Source: Candidatus Peregrinibacteria bacterium
GTDB lineage: Bacteria; Patescibacteriota; Gracilibacteria; UBA1369
Direction of reading: 5' to 3'
Length of the DNA stretch: 64,000 bases
Assembly: GCA_963708185.1 (NCBI GenBank)
Contig: OY970195.1
Span: 384,001-448,000 of the forward strand
Of this stretch, positions 39,947 to 50,387 are shown in pieces. A model generated the notes under the pieces. That model ran no database searches. It saw only the letters and a list, made by a program, of their open reading frames with translations, and had not been told where the DNA came from. Numbering within the stretch: position 1 is the first letter of the stretch; every line of letters begins with the position of its first letter. A program made the position numbers and the translations under genes.

Positions 39947-41167
39947 CTATCTTCTTCTTTTTTTCTTCGGCGCTGGTTTTCCTTTTTGGAGGAGGACGGC
40001 GACTCCAGGAAGGACTTTCCCTTCAAGGAATTCCAGCATGGCGCCTCCTCCGGTTGATACAAAAGTAAAATGTTCTTCTTTGAAGCCAAGTCGTTTGACG
40101 GCTTCGATGGTGTCTCCGCCTCCGAGGATACTTTTGACGTTACGTGACCAGACAAGCGTTTGCGCGATAACGGCGGTGCCGTGACTGAACGGCTTGAGTT
40201 CGGAGAGGCCGAGCGGGCCGTTCCAGATGACTGTTTTTGATTTCTTGATGACCTCGGCGAATTTCTTGAGGGTTTTCGTGCCGATATCAAGAATTTTCAT
40301 CTCACCGATGACGTCTTCGACAGGAATGTCCAGTGTCTGGGCGTCGTTCGTGATTTCATCGGCCACGATGACGTCTTCAGGAAGAACGAAGGGGATGTGC
40401 ATCTGTTCGGCGGCCATCAGAGTATCCTGGGCGACATTGAGCTTGTTGGCTTCATACAGAGATTTCCCGACGTTATATCCTTGCGCTGCGAGAAAAGTGT
40501 TGGCCAGCCCACCCCCGATAAGAAAGGTGTCGGCTTTTCCGAGAAAGTTTTCGATGATGCCGATTTTGGTGTCGATCTTGGCCCCTCCGATGACCATCGT
40601 CAGCGGTTTGGCTGGTTTTTGGGTAAGTTTGGTGAGCTCTTCGATCTCTTTTTGCATGAGAAATCCGGCGTAGCTCGGGAGATACCTGGCGATGCCTGCC
40701 GTGGAAGCGTGGGCTCTGTGGGCTGTGGCGAAAGAATCACTGACGTAGACGTCGGCGAGTCCGGCGAGCTGTTTTGCGAAAGCTGGATCGTTTTTTTCTT
40801 CCCCGATGTGGAAACGCAGGTTTTCCAGAAACATCATCTGGCCGGGCTTCAGTTCTTCGGCGGCTTTCCGTACGGCGGGTCCGACGCTTTCTTTCATCAT
40901 TTTTACGGGTTTTTTGAGCAGTTTGGCCATATGTTCTGCAGCCGGACGCATGCTGAGGTCTTTGACGACCTTCCCCTCCGGGCGTCCCATGTGGGAGCAG
41001 AGGATGATTCTGGCTTTTTGCTTCAGGAGTTGCTTGATGGTGGGAAGCGTCTGTACGATGCGGGTGTCTTCAGAAACTTTTCCGTTTTTCATGGGAACGT
41101 TGAAATCCACACGTAAAAGGATTCGTTTTCCTTTGAGGTCGACGTTTTGGAACTTTCGAATATTCAT
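39947..41167 (-). CDS. pgk: Phosphoglycerate kinase
   Basis: RVDFNVP, SHMGRP, LENLRF, GGAKI, WNGP, GGGDT, STGGGAMLEFLEG. Confidence 0.99.
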   Translation of the reverse strand: MNIRKFQNVDLKGKRILLRVDFNVPMKNGKVSEDTRIVQTLPTIKQLLKQKARIILCSHMGRPEGKVVKDLSMRPAAEHMAKLLKKPVKMMKESVGPAVRKAAEELKPGQMMFLENLRFHIGEEKNDPAFAKQLAGLADVYVSDSFATAHRAHASTAGIARYLPSYAGFLMQKEIEELTKLTQKPAKPLTMVIGGAKIDTKIGIIENFLGKADTFLIGGGLANTFLAAQGYNVGKSLYEANKLNVAQDTLMAAEQMHIPFVLPEDVIVADEITNDAQTLDIPVEDVIGEMKILDIGTKTLKKFAEVIKKSKTVIWNGPLGLSELKPFSHGTAVIAQTLVWSRNVKSILGGGDTIEAVKRLGFKEEHFTFVSTGGGAMLEFLEGKVLPGVAVLLQKGKPAPKKKRRR

Positions 41168-41225
41168 AGACTGAACGAAAAGATTACTGTCTGTATTGTA
41201 ATGGCAGTCGTCCGGAATTTCCAGC

Positions 41226-41693
41226 TTATCGTCTGAGCAGCATGGCCATTTCTATCGCGGATTCTGCGTATTCTTTTCCTTTGTTCATTTTTCCTTTCGC
41301 CACGCGTTCTTTGGCCTGTTTGAGGTTGTTGGTGGTGAGAATGCCGAAGATAATGGGGGTGTCGCTGCAGAGGCTGATGTCCATCAAGCCGCGGTAGCAT
41401 TCGTTGGCAACGAGGTCGAAATGGGGAGTGTCTCCGCGGATGACGACTCCAAGGCAGATAATGACGTCGTAACGGTCTTTGAGCGCCAGGACGTTTGCGG
41501 TTACAGGAATTTCCAGAGCCCCTGGGACGCGGTACAGATCCATGTTTTTTTCCTTCACTCCGTGTTTGACGAGCGTTTCGCGTGTGTTTTTGAGCAGTTC
41601 ATTGCCGATATTGTCGTTATATCTGGAGAGGATAATCGCAAATTTGAAAGATTTTCCGTTCAGTTTTTCCGGCATTGATTTGGAAGTTTTCAT
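41226..41693 (-). CDS. ribH: 6,7-dimethyl-8-ribityllumazine synthase
   Basis: VPGALEIP, LGVVIRGDTPHFD, FGILT, NKGKEYA. Confidence 0.97.
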   Translation of the reverse strand: MKTSKSMPEKLNGKSFKFAIILSRYNDNIGNELLKNTRETLVKHGVKEKNMDLYRVPGALEIPVTANVLALKDRYDVIICLGVVIRGDTPHFDLVANECYRGLMDISLCSDTPIIFGILTTNNLKQAKERVAKGKMNKGKEYAESAIEMAMLLRR

Positions 41694-41733
41694 GGAAGGT
41701 TGAATCAAGAATTAGTTTTCTGTTTTTATCATT

Positions 41734-42368
41734 TTAAATGAATCCGCGCTCTTTGAGAAAGAAATAGTTGGATTCGTCTTCTTTGTGATCGAGGAGATTC
41801 TCGAGGTAGCGGGCCAGCAGGTCTATTTCCACGTTCACCAGACCGTGTTTTTTGAGCTGTTTGAGGTTGGTGTTTTTGAGAGTATGGGGGATAAGGCTGA
41901 TTTCAAAACTCCGGGAATTGATTTTGGAGATGGTGAGGCTCACGCCGTTGACCGTTACCGACCCTTTGAGGCTGAAGTATTTGCCCATACCTTTGGGATA
42001 ATCAATGGTGAGAATCCTGGATTCACCTTCTTTTTTTTCGTCCGTTATTTTTCCGATAAAATCCACGTGTCCGCTCACAAAGTGGCCGTGAAAACGGTCG
42101 GAAGCCTGCATTGCAGGTTCCAGGTTCACGGATGTTTTTGGTTTGTAGCCGTCGCTGATCGTCAGCTTGAGTGTTTCCGGGATGGCTTCGACAGTGAAAA
42201 TCCGCCCCTTTTTTCCGGTCACGGTGAGGCAGGCTCCGTCGACGCTCACGGAATCCCCGGGTTTCAGTTTGCGGACCGTTTTCGGGGCTGATATGGAAAA
42301 TGTTTTGAGCCCTTTTTCTCTTTGACGCTGTCGATGATGCCGATCTCCTGAATGATTCCTGTGAACAT
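41734..42368 (-). CDS. ribE: Riboflavin synthase, 1-nt frameshift at ~42312
   Basis: MFTGIIQEIG from ATG 42368; after the shift GDSVSVDGACLTV, GHFVSGHVD, KGSVTVNGVSLT, VNVEIDLLARY. Confidence 0.95.
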
Positions 42369-42525
42369 AAACAGTATTGTTTGAAGACCTCTTTATTGTT
42401 GATGAATATGGGAAAAAATGCAAGGTGACCTGGCAGCCGTTTTTAAAGATTTTTTAGGTTCGGCTGAGATTTTTTTCATCGTCGGACGGTTATGATCGGG
42501 ATGTTTATTTTTTAACTTTTCAGTT

Positions 42526-42903
42526 ATGAGAAGTGTCAACAAAGTCCTCTTAATGGGGCACCTGGCTACCCAGCCGGAAATGAAAATGACCACCGGCGGT
42601 CATACCGTCACGACGTTCAAAGTCGCCACCAATCGTGACTGGGTGAACAAAGACGGCGAAACGAAGCCCAATGCCGATTTCCACAAGATCGTGGCCTGGC
42701 GCAAACTCGGCGAGGCCTGCGGTGAATATCTCAAAAAAGGTTCCGGGGTCTACGTGGAAGGCCATCTTTCCAGTCATCACTTCAAGGATAAGGAGGGTAA
42801 TAATCGAAAATCCACAGAGATCATTGCCGATGTCGTGAATTTTATCAGCATTAAGAAGTCCAAGGACGCCGATGAAGTCACACTGGTGGATGTTCCGGCA
42901 TAA
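42526..42903 (+). CDS. ssb: Single-stranded DNA-binding protein (short form)
   Basis: MRSVNKVLLMGHL, VATNR, FHKIVAWRKLGE, YLKKGS.VYVEG. Confidence 0.95.
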   Translation: MRSVNKVLLMGHLATQPEMKMTTGGHTVTTFKVATNRDWVNKDGETKPNADFHKIVAWRKLGEACGEYLKKGSGVYVEGHLSSHHFKDKEGNNRKSTEIIADVVNFISIKKSKDADEVTLVDVPA

Positions 42904-42963
42904 GGACGTTTACTTCAACCATGGGGTCGACTACAATGTGGATAAGTTTTTTTCGCCGACTCC

Positions 42964-43878
42964 ATGGTTTTGAGTGTTGTCATCCCGACGTTTAATCGCG
43001 CGGCCATTCTTCAGGAATGTCTCGACGCGGTTTTGCATCAGGATCTTCCTCATAATGATTATGAGATCATCGTCGTTGATGACGGGAGCACTGACGAGAC
43101 GCTCAAGGTTTTGGAACGCTATGCCGCCAAGCATAAAAATGTACGATCTTTTCGGCAAAAAAATCAGGGGCAGGGGATTGCGAGAAATCTCGGCATCGAA
43201 CACGCACAGGGCAATATTGTGGTGATGATCGGCGACGATATCATCGTCAAGGAAAGTTTTTTGAGCGAGCATCTCCGTTACCATCTGAGGCATGGAAAAG
43301 AAAACGAGGCGGTACTGGGATTGACGCTCTGGCATCCTAAACTCCACATCACTCCTTTCATGAAGTGGCTGACGAACGGATCCACGGTTTTCGGAAGGTT
43401 CGGCGGGCACCAGTTCGCTTACGAGAAACTGGAGGGGAAAACGGAAGCCGATTACAATTTTTTCTACACTTCCAACATTTCGTTGAAGCGTTCACTGCTG
43501 GACAAGTACCCTTTCGATCCCTCCTTTTCAGGGTACGGATGGGAGGATATTGAGTTAGGATACCGGCTTTATCTCCGTGAGGGCCTGAAACTTTATTACA
43601 ATCCCGATGCCGTCGGGTACCACGATCACGTCATGACCGAAGCCAGCCTTGAAGACAGGATGCGCAATATTGGCAGATCCGCCTGGATTTTCCATAAGCG
43701 ATATCCGGAACTGCATAAGGTTCCCGGAACACTGAAGAGGTTCGTTTTTCATCTCCTGTCTTTCCCCCTCGTCGTCCGTTTTTTCAAGCTTGTGAATCAT
43801 AATTTTTACTATTACTGCCTTTCCAAAAAGTATTTTTTGCTGGGTTTGAAAGAAGGGGCCGGGGCGATAAAACGATAA
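42964..43878 (+). CDS. Glycosyltransferase family 2
   Basis: SVVIPTFNR, IIVVDDGSTD, ARNLGI, IGDD, GWEDIELGYRL. Confidence 0.95.
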   Translation: MVLSVVIPTFNRAAILQECLDAVLHQDLPHNDYEIIVVDDGSTDETLKVLERYAAKHKNVRSFRQKNQGQGIARNLGIEHAQGNIVVMIGDDIIVKESFLSEHLRYHLRHGKENEAVLGLTLWHPKLHITPFMKWLTNGSTVFGRFGGHQFAYEKLEGKTEADYNFFYTSNISLKRSLLDKYPFDPSFSGYGWEDIELGYRLYLREGLKLYYNPDAVGYHDHVMTEASLEDRMRNIGRSAWIFHKRYPELHKVPGTLKRFVFHLLSFPLVVRFFKLVNHNFYYYCLSKKYFLLGLKEGAGAIKR

Positions 43879-43937
43879 AAGCTTTTGTTTCTCCCGAAAA
43901 TTTTTTATAATGAGAGAAGTTTTTGTCCTTTTGATTT

Positions 43938-45386
43938 ATGCATTTCAAACGATTCATTGCTTCCGCACTCGTCGCCACCATGGGGATGGGATTGTTATCG
44001 GGTTGCGTCAAGAAAGACCAGCCGGTTGTTCAGAAAACGCAAAAGGTAAATCTCGTCTATTACAGCCTTTTTGATAATGAAGATGTCATGCAGCCGCTCA
44101 TTCAGCAGTATTCGGCCCAACATCCCAACGTCACCATCACGTATCGAAAATTCACCGATCCGGTTGAATACATGAATTTGATCATCAATGAACTTGCTGA
44201 GGGACAAGGGCCTGATATTTTCTCGGCGCCGAACTATTGGTTTTTGAGGAACGTCCGTAAAATTTCTCCGTTGCCAACGGCGACTTTTTCACCGCAGCAG
44301 TTTGAACAGACCTTTGTGAGCGTGGCCAATGACGACCTTGTCCTGCGTGATCCCACCGACGGCCTGAGTAAGGTTTACGGCATTCCGCTGTACGTCGATA
44401 CACTCGCGCTTTACTACAATAAAGCCGCTTACGATGACAAGATTCCTTCACAGGGGAAACCGGCCGCTACGTGGGAAGGCCTCAAGGACGATGTTTTCAA
44501 GCTGACCAAGACGGACAACAGTTTCGAGCGTTTTCAGGTGGCCGGCATCGCCATGGGCAGAGCCGATAACATTGCCCGTGCTGTCGATATTCTTTATTTA
44601 CTGTTGCTCCAGTACAAGACGCGTTTCTACAACGACAATATTTCCAAGACGGCTTTCGTGAACCAGCAGGTCACGACGGCAACCGGGCTGCTCATCAATC
44701 CGGCTTCGGAAGCTTTGCGTCTGTACACCAGTTTCGCCCTCCCAACGAACAAGAACTATTCATGGAACGATTATCTTTCGAGCCCCGATTCTCCGGTAAA
44801 GGAAATGGAAACTTTCGCCAAGGGCAAGGTGGTTATGATTTTCGGGTATTCTTACCTTTACGAACAGATCAAAGCCGAGATCAAAGACCTTCAGAGTAAA
44901 GGCGTCCAGACGATCGATCCCAATGACATCCGCGTCAGCGTCGTTCCGCAAGTCAACGATCCTGCGACATCGACCGAACCGCGCGTGGCCTATGCCAACT
45001 ATTATGCAGACACCGTCGCCAGAACTTCACAGCATCCCGATGAGGCTTGGGATTTTCTCCTGTTCCTGAGTTCAAAGGCTAATCTGACCTACTACAATTC
45101 CAAAACACATGAGCCTTCGAGCCGCCGCGATATGATCGAAGACCAGAAGAAAGATCCGGTGTACGGGGTGTTCGCAGAACAGACCGGATACGCCAAGAGC
45201 CTGCCCGTCTATGATTACGACCGTTACGTGACGATCTTTTCGCAGGCGATCACCAATGTTCTTGCTACCACTTCACCTGAAGATGCCATGAGGAACGCAG
45301 CTTCGGCCATCGACTCCCTGCTGCCGGCGACAGGACTTATACCGGCACTGCCCAAATCGGCATCGACTCAACAAAGTTCTCAGTAA
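43938..45386 (+). CDS. Extracellular solute-binding lipoprotein (family 1, sugar-type)
   Basis: Lipobox LSGC, GQGPDIF, YGIPLYVDTLALYYNK, FAKGKVVM, AWDFL.FL. Confidence 0.9.
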   Translation: MHFKRFIASALVATMGMGLLSGCVKKDQPVVQKTQKVNLVYYSLFDNEDVMQPLIQQYSAQHPNVTITYRKFTDPVEYMNLIINELAEGQGPDIFSAPNYWFLRNVRKISPLPTATFSPQQFEQTFVSVANDDLVLRDPTDGLSKVYGIPLYVDTLALYYNKAAYDDKIPSQGKPAATWEGLKDDVFKLTKTDNSFERFQVAGIAMGRADNIARAVDILYLLLLQYKTRFYNDNISKTAFVNQQVTTATGLLINPASEALRLYTSFALPTNKNYSWNDYLSSPDSPVKEMETFAKGKVVMIFGYSYLYEQIKAEIKDLQSKGVQTIDPNDIRVSVVPQVNDPATSTEPRVAYANYYADTVARTSQHPDEAWDFLLFLSSKANLTYYNSKTHEPSSRRDMIEDQKKDPVYGVFAEQTGYAKSLPVYDYDRYVTIFSQAITNVLATTSPEDAMRNAASAIDSLLPATGLIPALPKSASTQQSSQ

Positions 45387-45400
45387 TCCCAACAAGACAA

Positions 45401-46762
45401 ATGGTGACTTTCTTGCGACAAGCTCGAACATCTTGGGCACACTTTTGCAAAACGCTTACCTTTCTCAAAGTCAGCAGGTTTTTCCTGGCGCTTTTTCTCC
45501 TGACGTTTTTCTTCCAGGTTCGTTCTTTGCTCTATGCCGTTCCGGTTTACCAGAGCGGAGAGTTCGATTTCTATTCGTCGTTCTTTTTGTATTTCAGTGA
45601 TATCTGTTTTTTTCTGGCGTTTATTTCATGGGGAATGAGCTTGTGGAAAGAGGAAGGAGAGTGGCATTTCCATCTCGGGGACGACATGCTCAGTTTTATT
45701 TTGCTTGCCTTGTTGCTCGTGATGATCGGCAATATTTTTTTGGTGCCGCGGACCGAGCTCCAGTTTTTTGCCATGTTCCGGTTCGCGGAACTGTTGCTGC
45801 TTTATCTTATGGTGGTGAACAGGGTTCTGCGCCAGGAACAGATCGTGTTCTATCTCTTGTTCGGACTTTGTTTTCAGGGGCTGCTGGCGTTGTATCAATA
45901 TGTGCTTCAGCAATCGGTGGGATTGACGTTCTTGGGCGAGGCATCAGTCAATACGTCGACGCTTGGGGTCGCGAAAATCGACCTCGGCAACCAGCAGATT
46001 TTGAGGGCTTTCGGAACGCTCCCGCACGCCAATGTGCTTGGCGGGGTCATGTTCATGGGGATCATCTATAGCGTAGCGCTCATAAAAAAGTACCGTTGGT
46101 TCATCGCCGGGGTTTTGTGGCTGCTGGCGATGGGTTTGCTTTTTTCTTTTTCGAGGAGCGCTTTTTTCGCGCTGATCGCCGCCTTTCTGGTTTACATATC
46201 GATTCAGAACAGTAAGATCGTGATGAAGTACATGGTTCTTGCCATGAGTTTTCTGTTGTTTTTTATCGTCGTTTTTGGACTTGAGAACGTCGTCGTCAAC
46301 CGGCTGATGTTCGAAGATCAGGCTTCGACGGTCGAGCGCACGATGTACCTGAAGATCGGAATGGATATGCTTTATGCCCAACCTCTCGGAGTCGGGCTTG
46401 GAGGGTTCACGCTGCAAATGCAGGACTATACGACTACCAAACTCACGCCGTGGCTGTTCCAGCCCGTCCACAATATTTTTCTTCTGATGGCCGATGAGTC
46501 CGGTCTGGTGGGAGGTGCGCTTTTTCTCGCTTTATTCTGCTACAGTTTTTACCGACTTCTGAGGATCATCAAACATCAAAAAACGCCGGAAAACCGTTTT
46601 TCGGTCACACTTCTGTTGTCGATGCTCGCCGGCATTATCGTCATAGGCATTTTCGATCATTACTTCGTGACGATCTATCAGGCCCAGGTGATGCTTTTTA
46701 TTTACTTCGGGTTTGTGAGCAGTTTGCTGAGCAGCGAGCGGTTGCCTGCGAGGAATTCCTGA
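45401..46762 (+). CDS. O-antigen ligase (Wzy_C) family membrane protein
   Basis: RAFGTLPHANVLG, SFSRSA, PLGVGLGGF, PVHNIFLL. Confidence 0.9.
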   Translation: MVTFLRQARTSWAHFCKTLTFLKVSRFFLALFLLTFFFQVRSLLYAVPVYQSGEFDFYSSFFLYFSDICFFLAFISWGMSLWKEEGEWHFHLGDDMLSFILLALLLVMIGNIFLVPRTELQFFAMFRFAELLLLYLMVVNRVLRQEQIVFYLLFGLCFQGLLALYQYVLQQSVGLTFLGEASVNTSTLGVAKIDLGNQQILRAFGTLPHANVLGGVMFMGIIYSVALIKKYRWFIAGVLWLLAMGLLFSFSRSAFFALIAAFLVYISIQNSKIVMKYMVLAMSFLLFFIVVFGLENVVVNRLMFEDQASTVERTMYLKIGMDMLYAQPLGVGLGGFTLQMQDYTTTKLTPWLFQPVHNIFLLMADESGLVGGALFLALFCYSFYRLLRIIKHQKTPENRFSVTLLLSMLAGIIVIGIFDHYFVTIYQAQVMLFIYFGFVSSLLSSERLPARNS

Positions 46763-47655
46763 ACCGTCATGGCATTTTTGCCTTCGATCTGGATTTTTTC
46801 CGGAATGATTGATCCCTTTTTGGTTCCGATGGCGATGGAACTTTTTGAGAGTTCCCTGAAAGCTCCCGGTTGGAGCTGAAGGTTTTCGTCCACTTTCGCT
46901 TCAAGGATTTTGAACCGTTTGCCGTCGAGAAAAAAGTAGACGGACGGCCATGGGGTGTAGGCCCGGATTTTGTTGTGGATTTCAAGGGCCGTCGATGTTT
47001 TCAAGTCAATGAGACCATCCTCTTTGGTTATCTTGTGGCAGAATGTTGCTTTGCCCTCGTCTTGCGGGATTGGATGGATTTCGTCTTCAGCGAGGTCTTT
47101 CAGGACGTAGGGAAGGAGTTTTCCGCCGAGAAGGCTGAGTTTCGTCGTAAGCGTTTCAGCGTTGTCAGACGTTTCGATTTTGAGTTTGGCGACGTCGAGA
47201 ATGTCTCCGGCATCAAGCTTTTGGACCATTTTCATGATGGTCACGCCGGTTTCTTCGTCTCCGTTGAGGAGGCTCGCCTCGATCGGTGATGCCCCGCGGT
47301 ATTTGGGAAGCAGGGAGGCGTGGACGTTGACGGCTCCGTATGCAGGGAGCTGAAGAATTTTTTGCGGAAGGATTTTTCCGTATGCCACGACGACGATGAT
47401 GTCCGGCTTGAGGTTGCTGAGGAGCAGGATGAATTCATCGTTGGTGACGTCGGGCGGTTGGAAAACCGGGACGTTGTATTTTTGCGCGAGTTGTTTGACC
47501 GGAGGTGGGGTAAGTTCCTGCTTGCGTCCGATTTTTTTATCCTCCTGGGTGACGGCCGCGAGGACTTCGAAGTCTTCATCCTTTAGCAGTCCCTGGAGTG
47601 ATGGAAGGGCGAAATCCGGCGTCCCCATGAAGATAATTTTGATTTTTTTATGCAT
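46702..47655 (-). CDS. fmt: Methionyl-tRNA formyltransferase
   Basis: IIFMGTPDFA, VVAYGKIL, NVHASLLPKYRGASP, LDAGDI. Confidence 0.98.
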   Translation of the reverse strand: MHKKIKIIFMGTPDFALPSLQGLLKDEDFEVLAAVTQEDKKIGRKQELTPPPVKQLAQKYNVPVFQPPDVTNDEFILLLSNLKPDIIVVVAYGKILPQKILQLPAYGAVNVHASLLPKYRGASPIEASLLNGDEETGVTIMKMVQKLDAGDILDVAKLKIETSDNAETLTTKLSLLGGKLLPYVLKDLAEDEIHPIPQDEGKATFCHKITKEDGLIDLKTSTALEIHNKIRAYTPWPSVYFFLDGKRFKILEAKVDENLQLQPGAFRELSKSSIAIGTKKGSIIPEKIQIEGKNAMTVQEFLAGNRSLLSKLLTNPK

Positions 47656-47774
47656 ATCGTTGCTGTTGGTCTTTGCCATCATAGCAGATTCCGGCATGAC
47701 AGGATATTCCGCCAAAATAACTTGCAAAAATATCGATCTTTCTGTAGTATCCCTCTCTAATAACAACCGCAAGA

Positions 47775-48797
47775 ATGCAGGAAAAATTCCTACAAGCCAA
47801 GAGACTTATCGAAAAGGCGCAAAAAATCCTTTCGATTTCGCATAAGCGGCCCGACGGGGATACGCTCGGTGCTTCCTGCGCTTTGCACCTTGCTTTGCAG
47901 CAATGGGGGAAGCAGGTGGACATGGCCTGCATCGACGAGATTCCTGAAAGATTCAGCTTTCTCGCTGACATGAACAAGGTCATTCACGAGTTTAATTTCC
48001 GTGATTACGATTTGATCATCGTTTCCGATGCGGGCGCTTCCTATATGACGCGTTACCACGAAGTCTATCCCGATATCTTCAAAGGGGACGTTCCTGTCAT
48101 CAATTTTGATCATCACGCTTCAAACGATAATTTCGGTACGCTCAATATCGTCGACGCGGCCTGCCCGGCGACGACGGTTTTGCTGAACAGGGTTTTTGAA
48201 GCCTGGGGCGTTCAGATCACTCCGGCCATTGCTACTGCTTTGCTTTGCGGCATTTACAACGATACCGGAAGCCTGATGCATTCCAATACGACCATCGAGG
48301 TGTTCGAAGTCTCGGGTAAGCTTATGGAAAAAGGTGGAAAACTTACCACGGTCGCGAAGAAACTTTTCCGAACGACACCAGTTTCAACTCTTAAACTGTG
48401 GGGAAGGGTTTTGGAAAATGCCCATGTCAACGAAGAAGGCGTGACCGTTTCCGTCGTAACATGGAAGGATTTCCTGGAATGTGGAGCCGGCCCGGACGAG
48501 ATATCCGGGGTCGTGGATTTCCTGAATTCCGTGCCTGGATCGAAATTCACGGTTTTACTCAATGAAGACGCACATGGGAACATAAAGGGTTCTTTCCGGA
48601 CTCAGCGTGAAGACGTGGACGTAGCGGCTCTTGCCGCGCAGTTCGGCGGCGGTGGGCATCGCAAGGCCGCAGGGTTCACCATGCCGGGTCGTCTCCATAA
48701 AGAGGTTCACTGGAAAATCGTTCCGCAGCATCAGCATATCGAAGGAGATGATATCGTTTCGTTCCAACTTCCGAAGCTTGAAAAACAGTCGTCGTAA
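47775..48797 (+). CDS. DHH/DHHA1 phosphoesterase (NrnA-like)
   Basis: SHKRPDGDTLG, FDHHAS, DTG, GGGGHRKAAG. Confidence 0.95.
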   Translation: MQEKFLQAKRLIEKAQKILSISHKRPDGDTLGASCALHLALQQWGKQVDMACIDEIPERFSFLADMNKVIHEFNFRDYDLIIVSDAGASYMTRYHEVYPDIFKGDVPVINFDHHASNDNFGTLNIVDAACPATTVLLNRVFEAWGVQITPAIATALLCGIYNDTGSLMHSNTTIEVFEVSGKLMEKGGKLTTVAKKLFRTTPVSTLKLWGRVLENAHVNEEGVTVSVVTWKDFLECGAGPDEISGVVDFLNSVPGSKFTVLLNEDAHGNIKGSFRTQREDVDVAALAAQFGGGGHRKAAGFTMPGRLHKEVHWKIVPQHQHIEGDDIVSFQLPKLEKQSS

Positions 48798-48827
48798 GGT
48801 ATAATAAACAAGCTTTTTGTGTTGTTT

Positions 48828-49820
48828 ATGAGTTTTCGGCGTATTGTTGCTTCATTACTGGTTTTTTTCTTCGTCATCGTCTCATTGCTCACGTTCGTTG
48901 TCTTCGGTGTGAGCAGAACTTTTCTCGATCCGCAGTTTTACGTGGACACCGTTTCTCCTCCCGCCTACGAGCTTTTGTTGAACGCGGTAGCTTCAAAGAT
49001 TTACGCCAAGGATCCCGTCATCCAGAAACATTTCAAAGAAGAAGATATCCGTAAGATTGTCGGTGAGACGATTTCTCTGGATTTTTTCAAAGGGAGCATG
49101 CAGGATTTCGCCAATGATTTCCAGCAGGTCAAAACCCAGCCGGATCATCCGTTGACGTTCGATTTGAAACCTTACAAGAGCAGCCTCGAAAGCATCGCCC
49201 AGCGTCTGGCCATTCATATTTTTCAGGCGCTTCCAGCCTGTAAAACAAATGAACTCCCGGAGTTTAACGAGGAAGGCATTGCGACCTGCGTTCCGGACGG
49301 AACCAATTACGACGTTGTCGCCGGACCTTTGTCCAAGCAGTTTGAATTGAGCGTTCTGAACGCACTTCCCGATACCATGGACCTGACGCTTGCTCATGAT
49401 GAGAACGGCTCGGTCTTCACCTTTATTTTGGGTTCCACCGAAACCGCGAGGTTTTACGGCATCGCCGCACTGATGTTTTTGATCGTCATCATCGCTTTTG
49501 TTTTGTACCGTCCGTTTACGATGATCGTGCGCTACGAAGGGATGGCTTTTTTGTTCAGCGGGTTTCTGGGCTTTTTGATGAGCCTTGCCTTCAACGAAGT
49601 GCCGTTGTGGCTTGTCCAGACCTACAGTGCGAAAAATGTAGACGTGGTCAATGTTTTAGGAGGCGACCTCGTCTTGGTAAAATATGCCCAGCAGATTTTT
49701 TCAGTCTTTACGGGAGAGGTCCAGAAGATCGCTTTTGTCTTCCTGGCGCTCGGCGTCATCCTGTTGGGGGTTTATTTTATCTTCTTGAGAAAATACACCA
49801 AGGAAGTAACGGAGGATTAA
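48828..49820 (+). CDS. Hypothetical membrane protein
   Basis: N-terminal TM, extracytoplasmic domain with a Cys pair, three C-terminal TMs. Confidence 0.8.
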   Translation: MSFRRIVASLLVFFFVIVSLLTFVVFGVSRTFLDPQFYVDTVSPPAYELLLNAVASKIYAKDPVIQKHFKEEDIRKIVGETISLDFFKGSMQDFANDFQQVKTQPDHPLTFDLKPYKSSLESIAQRLAIHIFQALPACKTNELPEFNEEGIATCVPDGTNYDVVAGPLSKQFELSVLNALPDTMDLTLAHDENGSVFTFILGSTETARFYGIAALMFLIVIIAFVLYRPFTMIVRYEGMAFLFSGFLGFLMSLAFNEVPLWLVQTYSAKNVDVVNVLGGDLVLVKYAQQIFSVFTGEVQKIAFVFLALGVILLGVYFIFLRKYTKEVTED

Positions 49821-49823
49821 TCT

Positions 49824-50387
49824 ATGGACCGACTGTCCCAGCTCGGCGAAATCATCAGGGCCTGCAAAGCATGTCCTCTTTATAAAGGTACCACTCACGC
49901 CGTTCCGGGGAACGGCAGTCCGAAGGCGAAAGTTTTTTTTATCGGTGAAGCTCCGGGTCGCAACGAGGATCTCCAGGGGGAACCGTTCGTGGGGGCTGCG
50001 GGAAAGTTTTTGAATACCATGTTGGAAAGTATCGGTTTGGAACGAAAAGATGTTTTTATCACCAGCATCATCAAGCATCGTCCGCCGGAAAACCGCGACC
50101 CGAAACCTTCGGAAATCAAAGCGTGCGCTCCGTATTTGATGGAACAGCTGAAAATCATCAAGCCGAAAATTATTGTTTTGCTCGGCCGACACGCCATGGG
50201 TTGGTTTTTCCCGGGACTCGTTATTTCCGAAGCTCACGGAGTTCCTCAACAAGGAACAGGAATCTGGTCAAAATCGCCGCAACTTTTTTTGCCGCTTTAC
50301 CATCCGGCGGCGGCTTTGTATAATCCAAACATGAAGAAGGTCCATCTGAAGGATTTCAGGAAGATTTCCGAGCTTTTAAAACAATGA
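49824..50387 (+). CDS. Uracil-DNA glycosylase family 4
   Basis: CKACPL, IGEAPGRNED..GEPFVGAAG, KHRPPENRDP, YHPAAAL. Confidence 0.96.
   Translation: MDRLSQLGEIIRACKACPLYKGTTHAVPGNGSPKAKVFFIGEAPGRNEDLQGEPFVGAAGKFLNTMLESIGLERKDVFITSIIKHRPPENRDPKPSEIKACAPYLMEQLKIIKPKIIVLLGRHAMGWFFPGLVISEAHGVPQQGTGIWSKSPQLFLPLYHPAAALYNPNMKKVHLKDFRKISELLKQ

Noticed and set aside
42369-42525. FMN riboswitch upstream of ribE-ribH
   Set aside because: No RFN conserved motifs seen; the region looks like divergent promoters
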